A stretch of DNA of 64,000 bases from Eledone cirrhosa (lineage: Eukaryota): positions 355,074,001-355,138,000 of the forward strand of contig OZ024741.1 of NCBI GenBank assembly GCA_964016885.1, given 5' to 3'. This document shows positions 48,108 through 61,319 of the stretch, one piece after another. The number at the start of each line of letters is the position of its first letter. Position 1 is the stretch's first letter. Below the pieces are notes generated by a model that had not been told where the DNA came from, searched no databases, and saw only the letters and a list, made by a program, of their open reading frames with translations. The translations under genes were made by a program, and so were the position numbers.

Positions 48108-48385
48108 ATTAAATATACTACCAAACACTGTTAATTATATCATAATTTAATTTACATATGTTTCATCCTAATAAGCTCATCAGAATTAAATAAGATATAG
48201 ATACCTCAACAGATTCATCTTCTCTAAAAACATTATGTACTGTTTTTTATGGTGCGTTATGTTTTTAGATGAGATGAGTCTGTTGAGGTATCTATATCTT
48301 ATTTAATTTTGATGAGTCCTATTATGATGAAAGATATGTAAATTAAATTATGATATAATTAACAGTATTTAGTAATATATTTAAT
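48108..48385. repeat. Fold-back element with a minimal hammerhead in each arm (48145-48191 -, 48301-48348 +)
   Basis: Arm consensus ATTTAATT CTGATGA GTCCT-ATT-AGGAT GAAA CATATG TA AATTAAAT. Confidence 0.75.
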
Positions 48386-48961
48386 ATATATATATGTGTG
48401 TGTGTGTGTAATTGAAAATGAGTACCAGCAATAGCTGGGAGTTTAACCCTGCAATGAACTGGCATCCTGTCCAGGGGGCAGTATTGTACTCTCAGTCGCT
48501 TAACACTATGGAAACCAGGATAAGCACCAGCCTGATGACCCTCTGGGCTTGAGACAGACTTTAGACTTAGATATCTATATATATATACGATGATAAAATG
48601 CACCTAGTACACTCTGTAAAGTATTAACATTGGTGCCATGATTAAATACACTCAGTACATGCTGTAAAGGTTTAGTGTTGATGCCATGATAAAATGTACC
48701 CAGTCCACTCTGTAAAGTGGTAGTGCTGGTGTCACAAAAAATATACCCAGTATACCCTGTAAGGTACCAGTTTAGGAAGGACATCCAGCAGTAGAAACTA
48801 TACCAAATATGGAACGTAACAAGCAAGATGGGTTGCTCCAATCCATCTTGTTTCAGACCATGACAACCCATCCAACACATAACAATGATGATGATGATGA
48901 GGAACATACATACAAATGTAAAAAGACATAAAATACAATATATAAAGGCAAGTATCCATAC

Positions 48962-49153
48962 CTGTGGTCCTGGCATTTTACTAATGTTCTGTAGCTGTGT
49001 TTGGAAATTCTGTAAAGAACTATGTAATTGTGCAGACATATCTTCTATCATGTTGAAATTCATCTCAATGTTTTCACTTTTGTTCATGATGAGATAATCA
49101 AGAGACTGCAAAGTTATGTCACTGTGATTCTGGTTTTGATTTAATTCTTCCAT
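48962..49153 (-). CDS. Type II membrane protein gene, coiled-coil neck exon ending at the collagen start (MEELNQNQNHSD...QLQNISKMPGPQ)
   Basis: ttatag/gtatgg sites; 64 codons; heptad pattern, N-glycosylation sequons NHS/NKS/NIS; ends in GPQ. Confidence 0.82.
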
Positions 49154-50732
49154 CTATAAATAAATAAATAAATAGTGTGTGTGTGATACAGTTTGACTTT
49201 GCACTAACAAAAAGTACTACTGATGTTATCTTCCTTGAGACAACTGCATGAGGACTTAACTAAGAGTAAGCTCCTATATTTGTCAACATGGAGAATGCTT
49301 TTGAGAGGATGTGACACTATAGAATGCTTTGCAGTATTCATTCTAGCTTTCAGTGCTTTGAATTCGAATCCTGCCAAGGCTAACATTGTCTTTTTCAGGT
49401 GCCCTTAAAAATGTTTTAACCCTTTAATGCTCAAACCGGCCAGAATTCTCTATCTCTTTCTGTTGAAACTGGCTGTAACTGGCCACTCATACTGAGGTTA
49501 AGGTATTGTTCTCAAAATAAATACTTTCAAAACCTCATAGATTTGATATTATGTGAGATATTTATGTAAGATAAAGCCTTTACCATGAAAATATAGTATA
49601 TATAGAATAATGTGAATGCTAAAGGATGTAAATATATAAAAAGGTAGCACAAATAGGATGTAAATATATAAAAAGGTAGCACAAATAGGAAAAATACTTA
49701 ATATTTAATAATATCCTATTTAAAATGTCCTAAAATTTGTTTTAAAGAACCCTGAAATAGGGCATACTAGATCTGTTTGTTCATACCCTGATTTTTAAAA
49801 TTAAACCAGTGAATTGGAACACAAAATGTTTTGTTGGATGTACTCTTAAACACAAGTGTTTCTGTCTAAGATAACTTCCCACTGGAACTATAAAAAACTG
49901 GCTGTTTTATTGCTATGTGATTTAAAAAAGGGAGACACTTCACAAAGGACTTTACCACTCACCTCACAAGCAATGAGGCAGAGTAGTGTACAGTTTGCTT
50001 GGCATTGCTTTAGATCAAAGGTTCTCAACCCATTTTGCCCCTCGAAATCACGAAACTCCCCCTACCCTAGTTTTCCATTTTTCAATATACTACTGATTTT
50101 GATATCAGTAGATTACTGGGCCAAATGAAGTTATGTTAGAATCTTTTTTAAAAATCTTTAAAAAATACTTGTACGAATTAAATACAAAAAAGTTTCAGTC
50201 CAAAACAAAAGCAAGCTATTTCAAATTATATATTTTTGAAAAATAGACGTGAATGTTCTGAAAGATTTGATCTCAGTCGAAAAAGCTTTTTTTTAAATTC
50301 TATATTTCACTGTTAGCTGTTGTAATATTTTGAGTGGACAGACAATTCTACAATTCAAACTGTAAAGTCAAAATACAAAAGATGCAAAATATGAAGAATT
50401 TCTTACCTTTCTCTTGAATCACAAACTCAAGGTAAAAATAGTACCTTGCAAAATAAAGTGTCTCGATCACAAACTTAGTTGCAACGAATGAATTGAGATG
50501 CTTAGCAACAGTGAGAATACAATATCTGTATCCCTTGAGCTGATAAACTCCGACCTCACACACTTACACCTCTCCAAGACAATGTCACTGGACCGAGACC
50601 TTTGGCGGTACTCAGTAACAGAGAAGACCCGCCTTACCTAAATACATAGTAAAACCTACTACAGCTAGTAGGTATCTCTAACAAAATACACCCCCGTCCC
50701 ACCACCCCCACCCCATCCACACCACCCCCTTC

Positions 50733-51033
50733 TATGTAAAGTTATGTCGGTGCCACGCCATCCAGGCCGAAACAAATAAGATCGTGTAGGTGTCACGACA
50801 AAAAAACACACAGTCCACGCTGTAATGTGGCCGTGTAGGCAACACGGTAAAAACCTCCCAGACCCACACTGTAAATGTGGTTGGTGTTAGGAAGGGCATC
50901 CAACTGTAGAAAACCTGCCAGACAGTCCTATGCGAGCAAGACAATCACTCTTGCCTCAAGTGGGAATATCCCCGTCCAAACCCATGCAAGCGTGGAACAT
51001 GGACGTTAAACGTTGATGATGATGATGATGATG
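50733..51033 (+). mobile_element. RTE-derived short non-autonomous element (5' UTR subrepeats + RTE-like 3' end); near-identical copy at 18280-18682; relatives at 470-705, 18760-19214, 48590-48900, 51220-51440, 56770-56885, 57120-57553
   Basis: GTTGGTGTTAGGAAGGGCATCCA is shared with the RTE 5' UTR (39465-39490); tail GCAAGC..GGAA...GGACGTTAAA(TGA)n is shared with the RTE 3' end. Confidence 0.8.
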
Positions 51034-51609
51034 ATACATAGATAGATACACACACACACATACAGACGCACGCACTAACACACACACACACACAAACAAA
51101 CTTGTGTGTGTGTGTCTGTGTGTGCCTTGTTGGTACAGAAAGAATTTTGTCTCCAGTTTTTATTGCCGGATCAAGGGCCACTGCTCTTTTCAACAACGTC
51201 AAATAACAACGCCATATATATCATCATCATCATCATTTTACGTCCGCTTTTCTCTGCTTGCAAGGGTGGGACGGGAACTGATTCTGGCTTGATTTCTACA
51301 GCTGGATGCCCTTCCTAACACCAACCTCATTTACAGTGAGTGCCGGGTGCTTTTTTTCCGTGGTGCCTACACGTCCACTTTACAGTGTGGGCTGGGTGCT
51401 TTTTTGCTGTGGCACCTCCACGTCCACTTTGCAGTGGAATGATAGGGACCCCAGTCCCTATCATCTCATTTCTACAGCTGAGTAAACTGGAGCAATGTGA
51501 AATAAAGTGTCTTGCTCAAGGAAACAACACATCACCTGGTCTGAGAATTGAACTCACAACCTTTCGATTGCAAGCCCAATGCTCTAACCACTAAGCCATG
51601 TGCCTCCAC

Positions 51610-51696
<87 letters not shown>

Positions 51697-51751
51697 ATAA
51701 ATGTGTGTGTGTGTGTTTGGTACACATCTATCTTTCTATTTATCTCTCCAA

Positions 51752-52151
51752 CAGGGGGCTCAAACATGTGGCTTGCGAACTACTTTTCTATGGCCTGTGG
51801 TAGAACCAATATTTCAGATTCCATTATAACTGGTGAAAATAAGGCGGTGAGCTGGTGGAATCTTTAGCACATCTGGCGAAATGCTTAGCGGTACTTCTTC
51901 CGTTTTTACATTCTGAGTTCAAATTCCGCCGATCTCAACTTTGCCTTTCATCCTTTTGGGGGTCGATAAATTAAGTACCAGTGAACTGGGATCGATGTAA
52001 TCGACGGGACCCTATACCCTAAATTTCATGTCTTGTGCCTATAGTAGAAATGATTATAACTGGTGAAAATTATCACCCACCACCACGTTTGGCCCAGTGC
52101 CTCTCCTACAGGACATAATGGCCCTTTTATGTCCTTGAGTTTGAGACCCCT
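51752..52151. mobile_element. hAT-type MITE with a nested SINE
   Basis: CAGGGGGCTCAAAC ... GTTTGAGACCCCT imperfect TIRs. Confidence 0.6.
51841..52052 (+). mobile_element. Octopus-type SINE with an 18 bp TSD; many relatives (e.g. 1050-1225, 9540-9750, 14930-15095, 15500-15675, 21020-21500, 23750-23905, 63583-64000)
   Basis: TSD ATTATAACTGGTGAAAAT; core GAGTTCAAATTCC..ACTTTGCCTTTCATCCTTT..GTCGATAAA..AAGTACCAG. Confidence 0.85.
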
Positions 52152-52440
52152 CTTCTACATACAGACACACACATATAAACATATATATATACACTTTACT
52201 TTTTGTCTGTCTCTGGACTAGGCTCTCTGGACTAGGCCCATGTAAGTTATGGCGACGTCAACAAACCAACAAGCATTGGTGGGACGGCAAACACAAACGC
52301 AAAGACACACACAGACATATATACGACGCGCTTCTTTTAGTTTCGGTCTATCAAATCCACTCATAGGGCTTTGGTTGTCCCAGGCAGTGGGACTGAAGCC
52401 GGAAACGTGGTTCGGAAGCAAGCTTCTTGCCACACTGCAC

Positions 52441-52480
<40 letters not shown>

Positions 52481-52765
52481 TTTAAGTTAACAATGAAAAT
52501 AAAAAGAACAAAGTCAAGTTACTTCATAACTTTGTTTTTATTTTATTGTTTTTATTTTTATTGTTAATTTAATACCTAATATCTGACTCTGTATCTAAAG
52601 AATTAATTCAGCGAAACACAGAACTTCTCTATGGATTTTACAAGATTACATTGAGTCCTATCTACGGTACGGACCCTACCACCAGAGGTAGACAGACTGA
52701 AAAAAGAAAATATATATATATATATGTGTGTCTGTGTGTGTATAATATATATATATATATATATA

Positions 52766-53956
52766 ACGATAAATTAACGGAGGCATAGGCCGTCGTTATT
52801 CCCTGTAAATAATGTGCTCAAAGGGGAAGAGATCCTGAGCCCTTTAAAATATAATATGTTGAGAAGGTAACACACCAGAGAGAGATATATAGTGCGCTAT
52901 CAATAATACAGGGAAAAAACCACCAGTGTATGGAATCTATAACCTATGAAAGGCAGACTATAGACACGATAATTAAAAATATAAATTAAAGCGTAAATAA
53001 ATACCTCTATAACTATATAACACACGTACAAATCCAAAGATATGTTTCACCAGAAAATTTGTTGAAAGAAATGGTAGTCTCGGTTCATCAGCGTGTGTAA
53101 GGCTATACATCTCAGACAACACTAAGAGAATTTTACAATTGACTGTCCAGCTACACGTGGGAGAGAGAAGTCACAGCGTGTTTAAGGGCAGTGAACCAGT
53201 GGCCTCTGAGAGACGAACTGCTAGAAAGGGCAGCCCAAAGCCACTCAGAGAGGAGTGCTCAACCAAACAGAGATAGGAAAGACTGTTGTTAGGAGCGAAA
53301 TATCACGATAAATTAACGGAGGCATAGGCCGTCGTTATTCCCTGTATTATTGTTTTTTCCCTGTATTATTGATAGCGCACTATATATCTCTCTCTGGTGT
53401 GTTACCTTCTTAACATATTATATTTTAAAGGGCTCAGGATCTCTTCCCCTTTGAGCACATTATTTACAGGGAATAACGACGGCCTATGCCTCCGTTAATT
53501 TATCGTGATATTTCGCTCCTAACAACAGTCTTTCCTATCTCTGTTTGGTTGAGCACTCTTCTCTGAGTGGCTTTGGGCTGCCCTTTCTAGCAGTTCGTCT
53601 CTCAGAGGCCACTGGTTCACTGCCCTTAAACACGCTGTGACTTCCCTCTCCCACGTGTAGCTGGACAGTCAATTGTAAAATTCTCTTAGTGTTGTCTGAA
53701 ATGTATAGCCTTACACACGCTGATGAACCGAGACTACCATTTCTTTCAACAAATTTTCTGGTGAAACATATCTTTGGATTTGTACGTGTGTTATATAGTT
53801 ATAGAGGTATTTATTTACGCTTTAATTTATATTTTTAATTATCGTGTCTATAGTCTGCCTTTCATAGGTTATAGATTCCATACACTGGTGGTTTTTTCCC
53901 TGTATTATTGATAGCGCACTATATATCTCTCTCTGGTGTGTTACCTTCTCAACATA

Positions 53957-53967
<11 letters not shown>
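52766..53967. mobile_element. Retrozyme-like non-coding element B: 539 nt monomer, inverted pair of slightly-more-than-monomer arms in (TA)n
   Basis: ACGATAAATTAACGGAGGC at 52766 and 53305; GTTTTTTCCCTGTATTATTG at 53352 and 53891; arms are near-perfect reverse complements with different permutation. Confidence 0.85.
53713..53791 (+). ncRNA. Type I hammerhead ribozyme with extended stem III; antisense copy at 53020-53098
   Basis: ACACACG/CGTGTGT stem I, CTGATGA, ACC(G)AGA...TCTGGT stem II, GAAA, CATATC-TTTG-GATTTG stem III, GUA. Confidence 0.85.
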
Positions 53968-53995
<28 letters not shown>

Positions 53996-55103
53996 ACATG
54001 GTGGATGCCAACTCGTTTTCGAGTACGGCCACTACTTTATATCCAGAACTCCTACCGATGCGCTGAACGAGTGTGACTTTTTAGTCCAGCCAGCGACGTG
54101 AAAACTCTGGTACAAACACTACACTTGTGACAATTATTGACACATAGTGCTGCGCCCATGGTACCATGTGACGACAAGTGCAGAGAGATCTCCAGATATA
54201 AAGCAATGCCTGTGCCGTGAAGCTTTTATAGTGAGCAAAGGCACTGCACAAAACCAGTCCCACTCTCTTAACCAAGATGATATTTACCAAAAAGAAGAAC
54301 AAGTCAACATCATTGGATACCATCAGAGTTGCAGGTGTTATATCAGAGTTTTCTTTCTCCTAGAATTCTGCCTTGACAAAGGCTAAGGGGTCATCTCTCC
54401 CGGTGATTTTGGATGGCCATTGACTCTTAAGAGCTCCTTTTCCCTTTGACAGGTTTTGTTTTTAGTCCTGCAGGATGTCCAAAGTCACCCTCCTCACCAA
54501 GAAACCTTGGTGGGGTTGCCAGTTTAGTCACCAACGACCCGACCATGAGACAGGTTGTACTGGGATACATGTTACCAGTAGCACTAACTGGTGACCTGAC
54601 ATATATATATCTACATACATACATACATTTATATATATACATGCATTTATATTTAAGTGTGTAAGGATGTTGACATGTTTTCTTTCTTTGGTAAGGAGAG
54701 AATTTTGTCTCCAGATTTTATTACCTAGGGAGATTAAATACCACAGCTCTGGCTGAAAGCTGACCAGCTTCTCAACCTCATCAAACACCAACACTGGCCT
54801 GTGTGTGTATATGTGATGTGTGTGTGTGTATGTATGTACGTATGCATGTGTGTGTATGATTGTATGTATGTTACACCCACACCTTTCATCACCATTGCTT
54901 CTTTTTCTTGTCATTTCTGTTGCTCTTGTAACTGTTGTAAAAGTTGTCCTTATTTTCATTTTCTTTGATTTCTTTCAATTTTCTTTTATCTCCCTAGGGA
55001 ATTCGTTGACAAGCTTCTTTTATTTATTTTCTTCGTTTTCTTCATTTAAATGCATTCATACTGGCTGTCTCAGAGACGTACAAATATGGCTTATTAAACT
55101 TAC

Positions 55104-55162
55104 CTAAGTAAATAGCCTAGATCATTATCAATTTCTTTGGTTCTAGATTTTACCATTGTTGT
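55104..55162 (-). CDS. Type II membrane protein gene, candidate small exon (TTMVKSRTKEIDNDLGYLL)
   Basis: gtttag/gtaagt sites; phase 0 entry fits; the phase 2 exit needs a further exon that I could not place. Confidence 0.5.
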
Positions 55163-56609
55163 CTAAACACAACAAATACAATAATGATTATGTATGTGAG
55201 TAAATGTGATGCTGAAAGTGAATAGGTCAGGGAGAAGTTAGAGTCATAATGCCTCCTTTTTTAATATATTTGTCAGAATTATTTCCTGTTATGCAAAGAG
55301 TTCAAGTAAGATGTTGACCTCACAAAAAGGATGGTCACTGGAATATCTTGGATGCTTTGAATAGATATCTTTGACAAAAGTGTGACAAAATAGGCCATTT
55401 TGACAACATCATTTGTGTGTGTATGTGTGTATGTATGTATGTGTGTGCATGTGTGTTTAAATGTGTGTATGTGCAGGTTATGTGTGTATGTGAGTGTGTG
55501 CCCATCCTCTCAGAATATAAAAGAAGTGTCTGTTCAATGTAAGTTCATGTACATAAACATATAACTGGTCCCTAACAGAGATACAAGACCACACATTTAG
55601 GGCAAAGGGATCAGTATTGACAATATATTACACCAGTATTTGACTGATATTTATTTCATCAACACCTCACATGAATGAAAGGCAAAGTTGATCTTGAGAT
55701 TTGAACTGAGAATGTAAACAGCCGAAATAGAAATACTATCTACAAAGCAAATTACAAAAATGGTAGCAGTTTGTAGACTTGAATATGGAAAAAAAAGAGA
55801 TATGCAAAATAAAAGTATAGTAATGATTTCTAACATAAGCACAGCTGTGTACACCTGGTTTAGAATTAGCACATTGTACCCCTGAATGTTGTAAGGAGTG
55901 ACTAAAAGGGTCGGCACCAAGAAGGACATCCAGCTATAAAGCTTTGCCTCAAAAAGTACCATATGTGATGGGGCTTGCCAGCTAATCTCTACTTTAACAT
56001 GAGAAAACAGCCTTAAAAGGCTTGTTATTGTTGTTTTTGTTGTATATGGAATGTACAAATAAGACATTGTTATGGTCACGTCTAGTCTCGAACAATGACG
56101 ATCTGTCCAACCAATGCCAGCATGGAAAGTAGATGTAAGATAATGATGATGACACAAATTTGAAGTTTAGGAGAGGAAACTGAGTACGTAAAGGATCATG
56201 ATTAAATTCAAGGAATTTTGCCTGTTGCTCTACCAATATCATTTGGTTATGCCACCCTATGTACTGGATTACAAGCTTGTGAGCAGGGGTTTCACTCACT
56301 ATTTCTACTTATCTCTTTGTTACCTCATCACTCATGAAAGTCAGGCAGTCAATCCCATAGACTTTGCCATTTTCTTTACTTCAAATCTTAGCCTAGACAT
56401 CAGATGGAGCTCCCTTAAATTCATCTTTTGAAGGCATAGAAAGCCATCCCCTCACTTTGAGAGACAAAGGCAAATCAGTTTTTTTCTGTCTGGTTCTAAA
56501 CATATTCTTCAGGCAAGCAGGTACAATCCTTTTTCAACAAACAATGGTTTTAGGCTCAATATCACAAGACACATACTTATAGGCAGCTTTAGCAAAAACA
56601 TCAGCTTAC

Positions 56610-56674
56610 CTTTTTTTCTAATAAATTGTGTTTTCTTTTTAATTCTTGGAATTCCTTCATCAAATTTCCATTTT
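56610..56674 (-). CDS. Type II membrane protein gene, coiled-coil exon (ENGNLMKEFQELKRKHNLLEKK)
   Basis: ttttacag/gtaagc sites; phase 1-0; heptad-like. Confidence 0.75.
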
Positions 56675-57599
56675 CTGTAAAATTAATGAAACAATTTTTA
56701 AAAATCAATAATGTGTGTGTCTATGTGTGTGTGTGTATACATATGTGCATACATCATTTTCATCATTTCATTTCATTTTACGTCCGCTTTTCCCTGCTTG
56801 CAAGGGTGGGATGGGAACTGATTCTGGCTTGATTTCTACAGCTGGATGCCCTTCCTAACACCAACCTCATTTACAGTGAGTGCTGCCATACATATGTATT
56901 TATGTGTGTGTATAAAAACATATATTGATATATATATATATATATCAATATATGTTTTTATTTTGAGGGAATTCCATATTTCCTGACAATGAATCTGAAT
57001 TTGGAAAGTTCCCCTTCAAAATGCAGACAAGCAGTTGCACATACAAGTATATCCCTCCTCTCTCCATATTCAGCATGGCCACAGTCTAATAACTGAAACC
57101 AGTAAAAGAATAAAAGAATATAAAGGTAGCACTTGTGACACTCAGTCGACCCTGTAAAGTGACAGGGCTAGTGCATTGAGTAAAAGCACCTAATCCATCT
57201 CGTAAGGTGGTAGTGCTGGTGCCACAACAAAAAGCACCTAATCCACTCTGTAAGGTGGCAACACTAGTGCCATGACAGAAAGCATCCAGTCCACCCTGTA
57301 AGATGGACCTGCTGGTGCCAAGATAAAAAGCACTTTGTCTATCCTGTTTGGTGATAGTGATGGTGCTACAAAAAAGCTGCCAGTATACAATGTAAAGTCA
57401 GCATTAGGAATGGCATCTAACTGTAAACAAATTCAGCCCAAAACAACATATGAGCAAAAATAGAGTCACTTGACCTGTCTGGCTACATAACATGACAAAC
57501 TATCTAACCCATGCAAGCATGGAATATAAATATTAAATGATGATGATGATGATGAAACACAACTAACATCAACAACAATAACCCATCAAAAGTGTTTAC

Positions 57600-57799
57600 C
57601 TTTTGGTTCATTGAGAAGAATGACAGTAGTGATGGCAATTAAGGAGAGAAGAACAACAGCAACAACTAGGGTGAATGCCACACGGAGACATTGGAACTGT
57701 TTATAGATGGCATCGTTTGGAGGAAGTTTGAACTGATTATCATTAGCATTCAAACCAGACTTGGACACAGCTTCATATAAAGGGTTGACTCTTTTACGA
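57600..57799 (-). CDS. Type II membrane protein gene, NPxY + transmembrane exon (RKRVNPLYEAV...VAFTLVVAVVLLSLIAITTVILLNEPK)
   Basis: ccttccag/gtaaac sites; ~23-residue hydrophobic stretch; phase-consistent with both neighbours. Confidence 0.82.
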
Positions 57800-58757
57800 C
57801 TGGAAGGCAAATAAGAAAACAAATTCAGTCTGAGATTTATTATAAGTTTGTAAAGCGTTGCTCTATTTTCACCTGCCTCTAAAACATAACTCTTAACGTA
57901 CTGTGTACCACATGAAGCCACATTAGCAAGGCATTATTGATAAGTACAAAACAGCACTATGACTGCATTAGTAAAGTTACTATAAACAAACTATTACCAA
58001 ACCTGTATTTTTTTTTCAGATATTTCCTTCAAAATCATTGCAAGATATTAAGAGTTAAAAACCACTAAACACATTACTATCTGTTGGTAATTACCAATGT
58101 GAAGTCACACGTCTTAATCCTTTAGCATTTGAACCAGCCATATCCGACTAGAATTCCCTCACTTCTTTGTGTTCAAACTGGCCATAACTGGCTACTCATA
58201 CTTATGTTAAGGTATTATTCTCAAAATAAATAGAATCTAAATCTCGTGGATTCGATATTATGTGAAATAAAGTGTTTAACATGAAAATACAATAGTAAAT
58301 ATAGAGTAATGTAAATGCTTAAAGGGTTAAGGGTTAGGATGTTGGACTCATGGTCATAACATTGTGGGTTTGAATCTTTGAGAGGACAGCACATTGTGTT
58401 CTTGAGCAAGACACTTTATTTCATGTTGATCCAGTCTACTTAACTGAAGATAAATACCAATAGCAGCTAGGAGTTAACCCTGCAACAGTGAATAATATTA
58501 CACTGTCTGTTGCTTAACACCAATATAACCGAAATAAGCTTCTGCCTGATGAACTCCTGGGCTTAGTACAGACTTTAACATTTTTAACCCTTACCAATAC
58601 CTCCAATACTATGATGTATATAAAAGTTAACTTCTAAATGGCTATATATATCAGATCTATGAGGAACAAAGCAACCTATTCTTGTGCCATATTTTGACAT
58701 GAAAGATGTATGGCTATCAAAGCACATTACAGTTGAGTGCCATTTTGGCTGTGTAGT

Positions 58758-58896
58758 ATTACAGATGTACAGCACTACAGATGTATAGCATTACAGATGT
58801 ATAGCATTACAGATGTATAGCATTACAGATGTATAGCATTACAGATGTATAGCATTACAGATGTATAGCACTACAGATGTATAGCACTACAGATGT
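58758..58896. repeat. 16 bp tandem repeat CATTACAGATGTATAG
   Basis: Direct inspection, ~8-9 units. Confidence 0.95.
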
Positions 58897-59259
58897 TTAA
58901 TACTTCAGATATGTGGCAATCTAAACATAGCATTACAGACATGTGGCCTAGCAGATGTAAGGCACACTAGTAATGTAACACACCATAAATGTCACATCTC
59001 ATGTACATGACACACACACATACATGCATGCACATATGGACACATGCACAAACATGCCTGTTCATACACATGCACATAACACCATACACACTTGCATGCA
59101 TATACATTTAAGTACACACCCAAGCACAGACACGCATGTACACACAGACACATACACATACACAAGCATGTATGCATACATGCATGTATACACATGCACA
59201 CACACATTTAGAACTTAATAATTCAGGCAAGAAAACAAAACAAAAAGTCCATTACTTAC

Positions 59260-59367
59260 CTAGATTCTGAATGTGATTGTGACTGGTTTTCCTCTTCATT
59301 TGGAATGTCTGATGAGGAATTAAATGTGGGTCTGCTAAGCTGGGAATCATCTCTGGTATAAGAGGGC
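59260..59367 (-). CDS. Type II membrane protein gene, exon (PSYTRDDSQLSRPTFNSSSDIPNEEENQSQSHSES)
   Basis: ttttctag/gtaagt sites; 108 nt, phase 2-2, open. Confidence 0.75.
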
Positions 59368-60069
59368 CTAGAAAAAGCAAAAATATATAGTAACAATTTG
59401 CTTAAACTTAAACCCTGTTCAAATAATAAATATTTGCCATATGGCTATATATATATTATTGCATACATGAACTTATATATATACTACTGTCTTTGATAAT
59501 ACAGGCTTCTGCAGCTACCAACTAAATTTCAATCAAAAGGCATAACTAAACGAACACACAACATATACAATATATCTATTTATCTCCTTCCCCACCTCTC
59601 ACTATCTCTTTATCTACTGATTGTTTGGAGGGGGAAGGGTTGTGCACATGGCCCTTTTCAGAGCAACCTCAAACTGGAAGACCTGGCCTGAGTGTTTGCA
59701 ACACAGTGGACTCTGCACCTAAGTTCTGGTGATGGTGTTTAACGAAGTGACAGATTAAGTCTACCACTGAAGTAGACCACAGCCGTATTTGAACTCAGAA
59801 TATCGAGTCAGAACAAGCACTACAAAGCATCTCACTCGATGTTCTAATAATTTCACTAATCCACCTTCTTGGACATGCACTTTATTTTATCAACCCCTGA
59901 AAGGATGAAAGGCAAGGTTGGTCTCAGTGGGATTTGTGGAATTTTAGTAGAAAATGCCAGAACTAGTAATGATGCAAGATTGATCTTGGATTAACAATAA
60001 CTAGCCTCCAGCTTTCACTCTACACTGTCTCTGATAATAAATCTACTGGATTAAGATTGACTTAAAGCT

Positions 60070-61104
60070 AAACAACAACAACCAGCCTCCAACTCTCTCT
60101 CTCTTTACTCCCTAAAAGGACAATATTTACTTTTGAAATGTCTTTGATCTTTGATTAAACAACAACCAGCCTCCAACTCCTTCTCTCTTTACTCCCTAAA
60201 AGGACAATATTTACTTTTGAAATGTCTTTCATCTTTGATTAAACAACAACCAGCCTCCAACTCTCTCTCTCTTTACTCCCTAAAAGGACAATATTTACTT
60301 TTGAAATGTCTTTGATCTTGGATTAAACAACAACCAGCCTCCAACTCCTTCTCTCTTTACTCCCTAAAAGGACAATATTTACTTTTGAAATGTCTTTCAT
60401 CTTTGATTAAACAACAACCAGCCTCCAACTCCTTCTCTCTTTACTCCCTAAAAGGACAATATTTACTTTTGAAATGTCTTTCATCTTTGATTAAACAACA
60501 ACCAGCCTCCAACTCTCTCTCTCTTTACTCCCTAAAAGGACAATATTTACTTTTGAAATGTCTTTGATCTTTGATTAAACAACAACCAGCCTCCAACTCT
60601 CTCTCACTCTTTACTCCCTAAAAGGACAATATTTACTTTTGAAATGTCTTTGATCTTTGATTAAACAACAACCAGCCTCCAACTCTCTCTCACTCTTTAC
60701 TCCCTAAAAGGACAATATTTACTTTTGAAATGTCTTTGATCTTGGATTAAACAACAACCAGCCTCCAACTCCTTCTCTCTTTACTCCCTAAAAGGACAAT
60801 ATTTACTTTTGAAATGTCTTTCATCTTTGATTAAACAACAACCAGCCTCCAACTCTCTCTCTCTTTACTCCCTAAAAAGACTATTTACTTTTGAAATGTC
60901 TTTGATCTTTGATTAAACAACAACCAGCCTCCAACTCTCTCTCTCTTTACTCCCTAAAAGGACAATGTTTACTTTTGAAATGTCTTTGATCTTGGATTAA
61001 ACCACAACCAGCCTCCAACTCTCTCTCTCTTTACTCCCTAAAAGGACAATATTTACTTTTGAAATATCTTTGATCTTTGATTAAACAACAACCAGCCTCC
61101 AACT
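60070..61104. repeat. 84 bp minisatellite, ~12 units
   Basis: CAATATTTAC at 60121, 60205 ... 60541 (5 x 84). Confidence 0.95.
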
Positions 61105-61186
61105 GGATTAAGATAGAGCAAAAACTAAACAATAACAATCAGCTTCAAACTTTGCATTATGGAACCTCTGTAAACAAGTTACTTAC

Positions 61187-61319
61187 GTTTGAATAGGGAC
61201 CTCTTCATACTGATGTGAAGGGTAATCAGCATAGTCATAATGAAAGGGACGAGGGGAACAAGATCTTGGAATTTGCATGGGAAACTCTCCACTGCCACTG
61301 TTTTCTATATCACCAATAC
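61187..61319 (-). CDS. Type II membrane protein gene, exon (IGDIENSGSGEFPMQIPRSCSPRPFHYDYADYPSHQYEEVPIQ); cytoplasmic part
   Basis: cctacag acceptor, gtaagt donor, open frame; phase 2 donor matches the next exon. Confidence 0.7.

Noticed and set aside
48505-48555. GAAAC...CCTGATGA as a type III hammerhead (also 58530-58565)
   Set aside because: Stems do not close; this is the common 3' tail of a tRNA-derived SINE
54866-54995. Purine-rich exon-like segment on the minus strand
   Set aside because: The required phase hits a stop within six codons; weak donor
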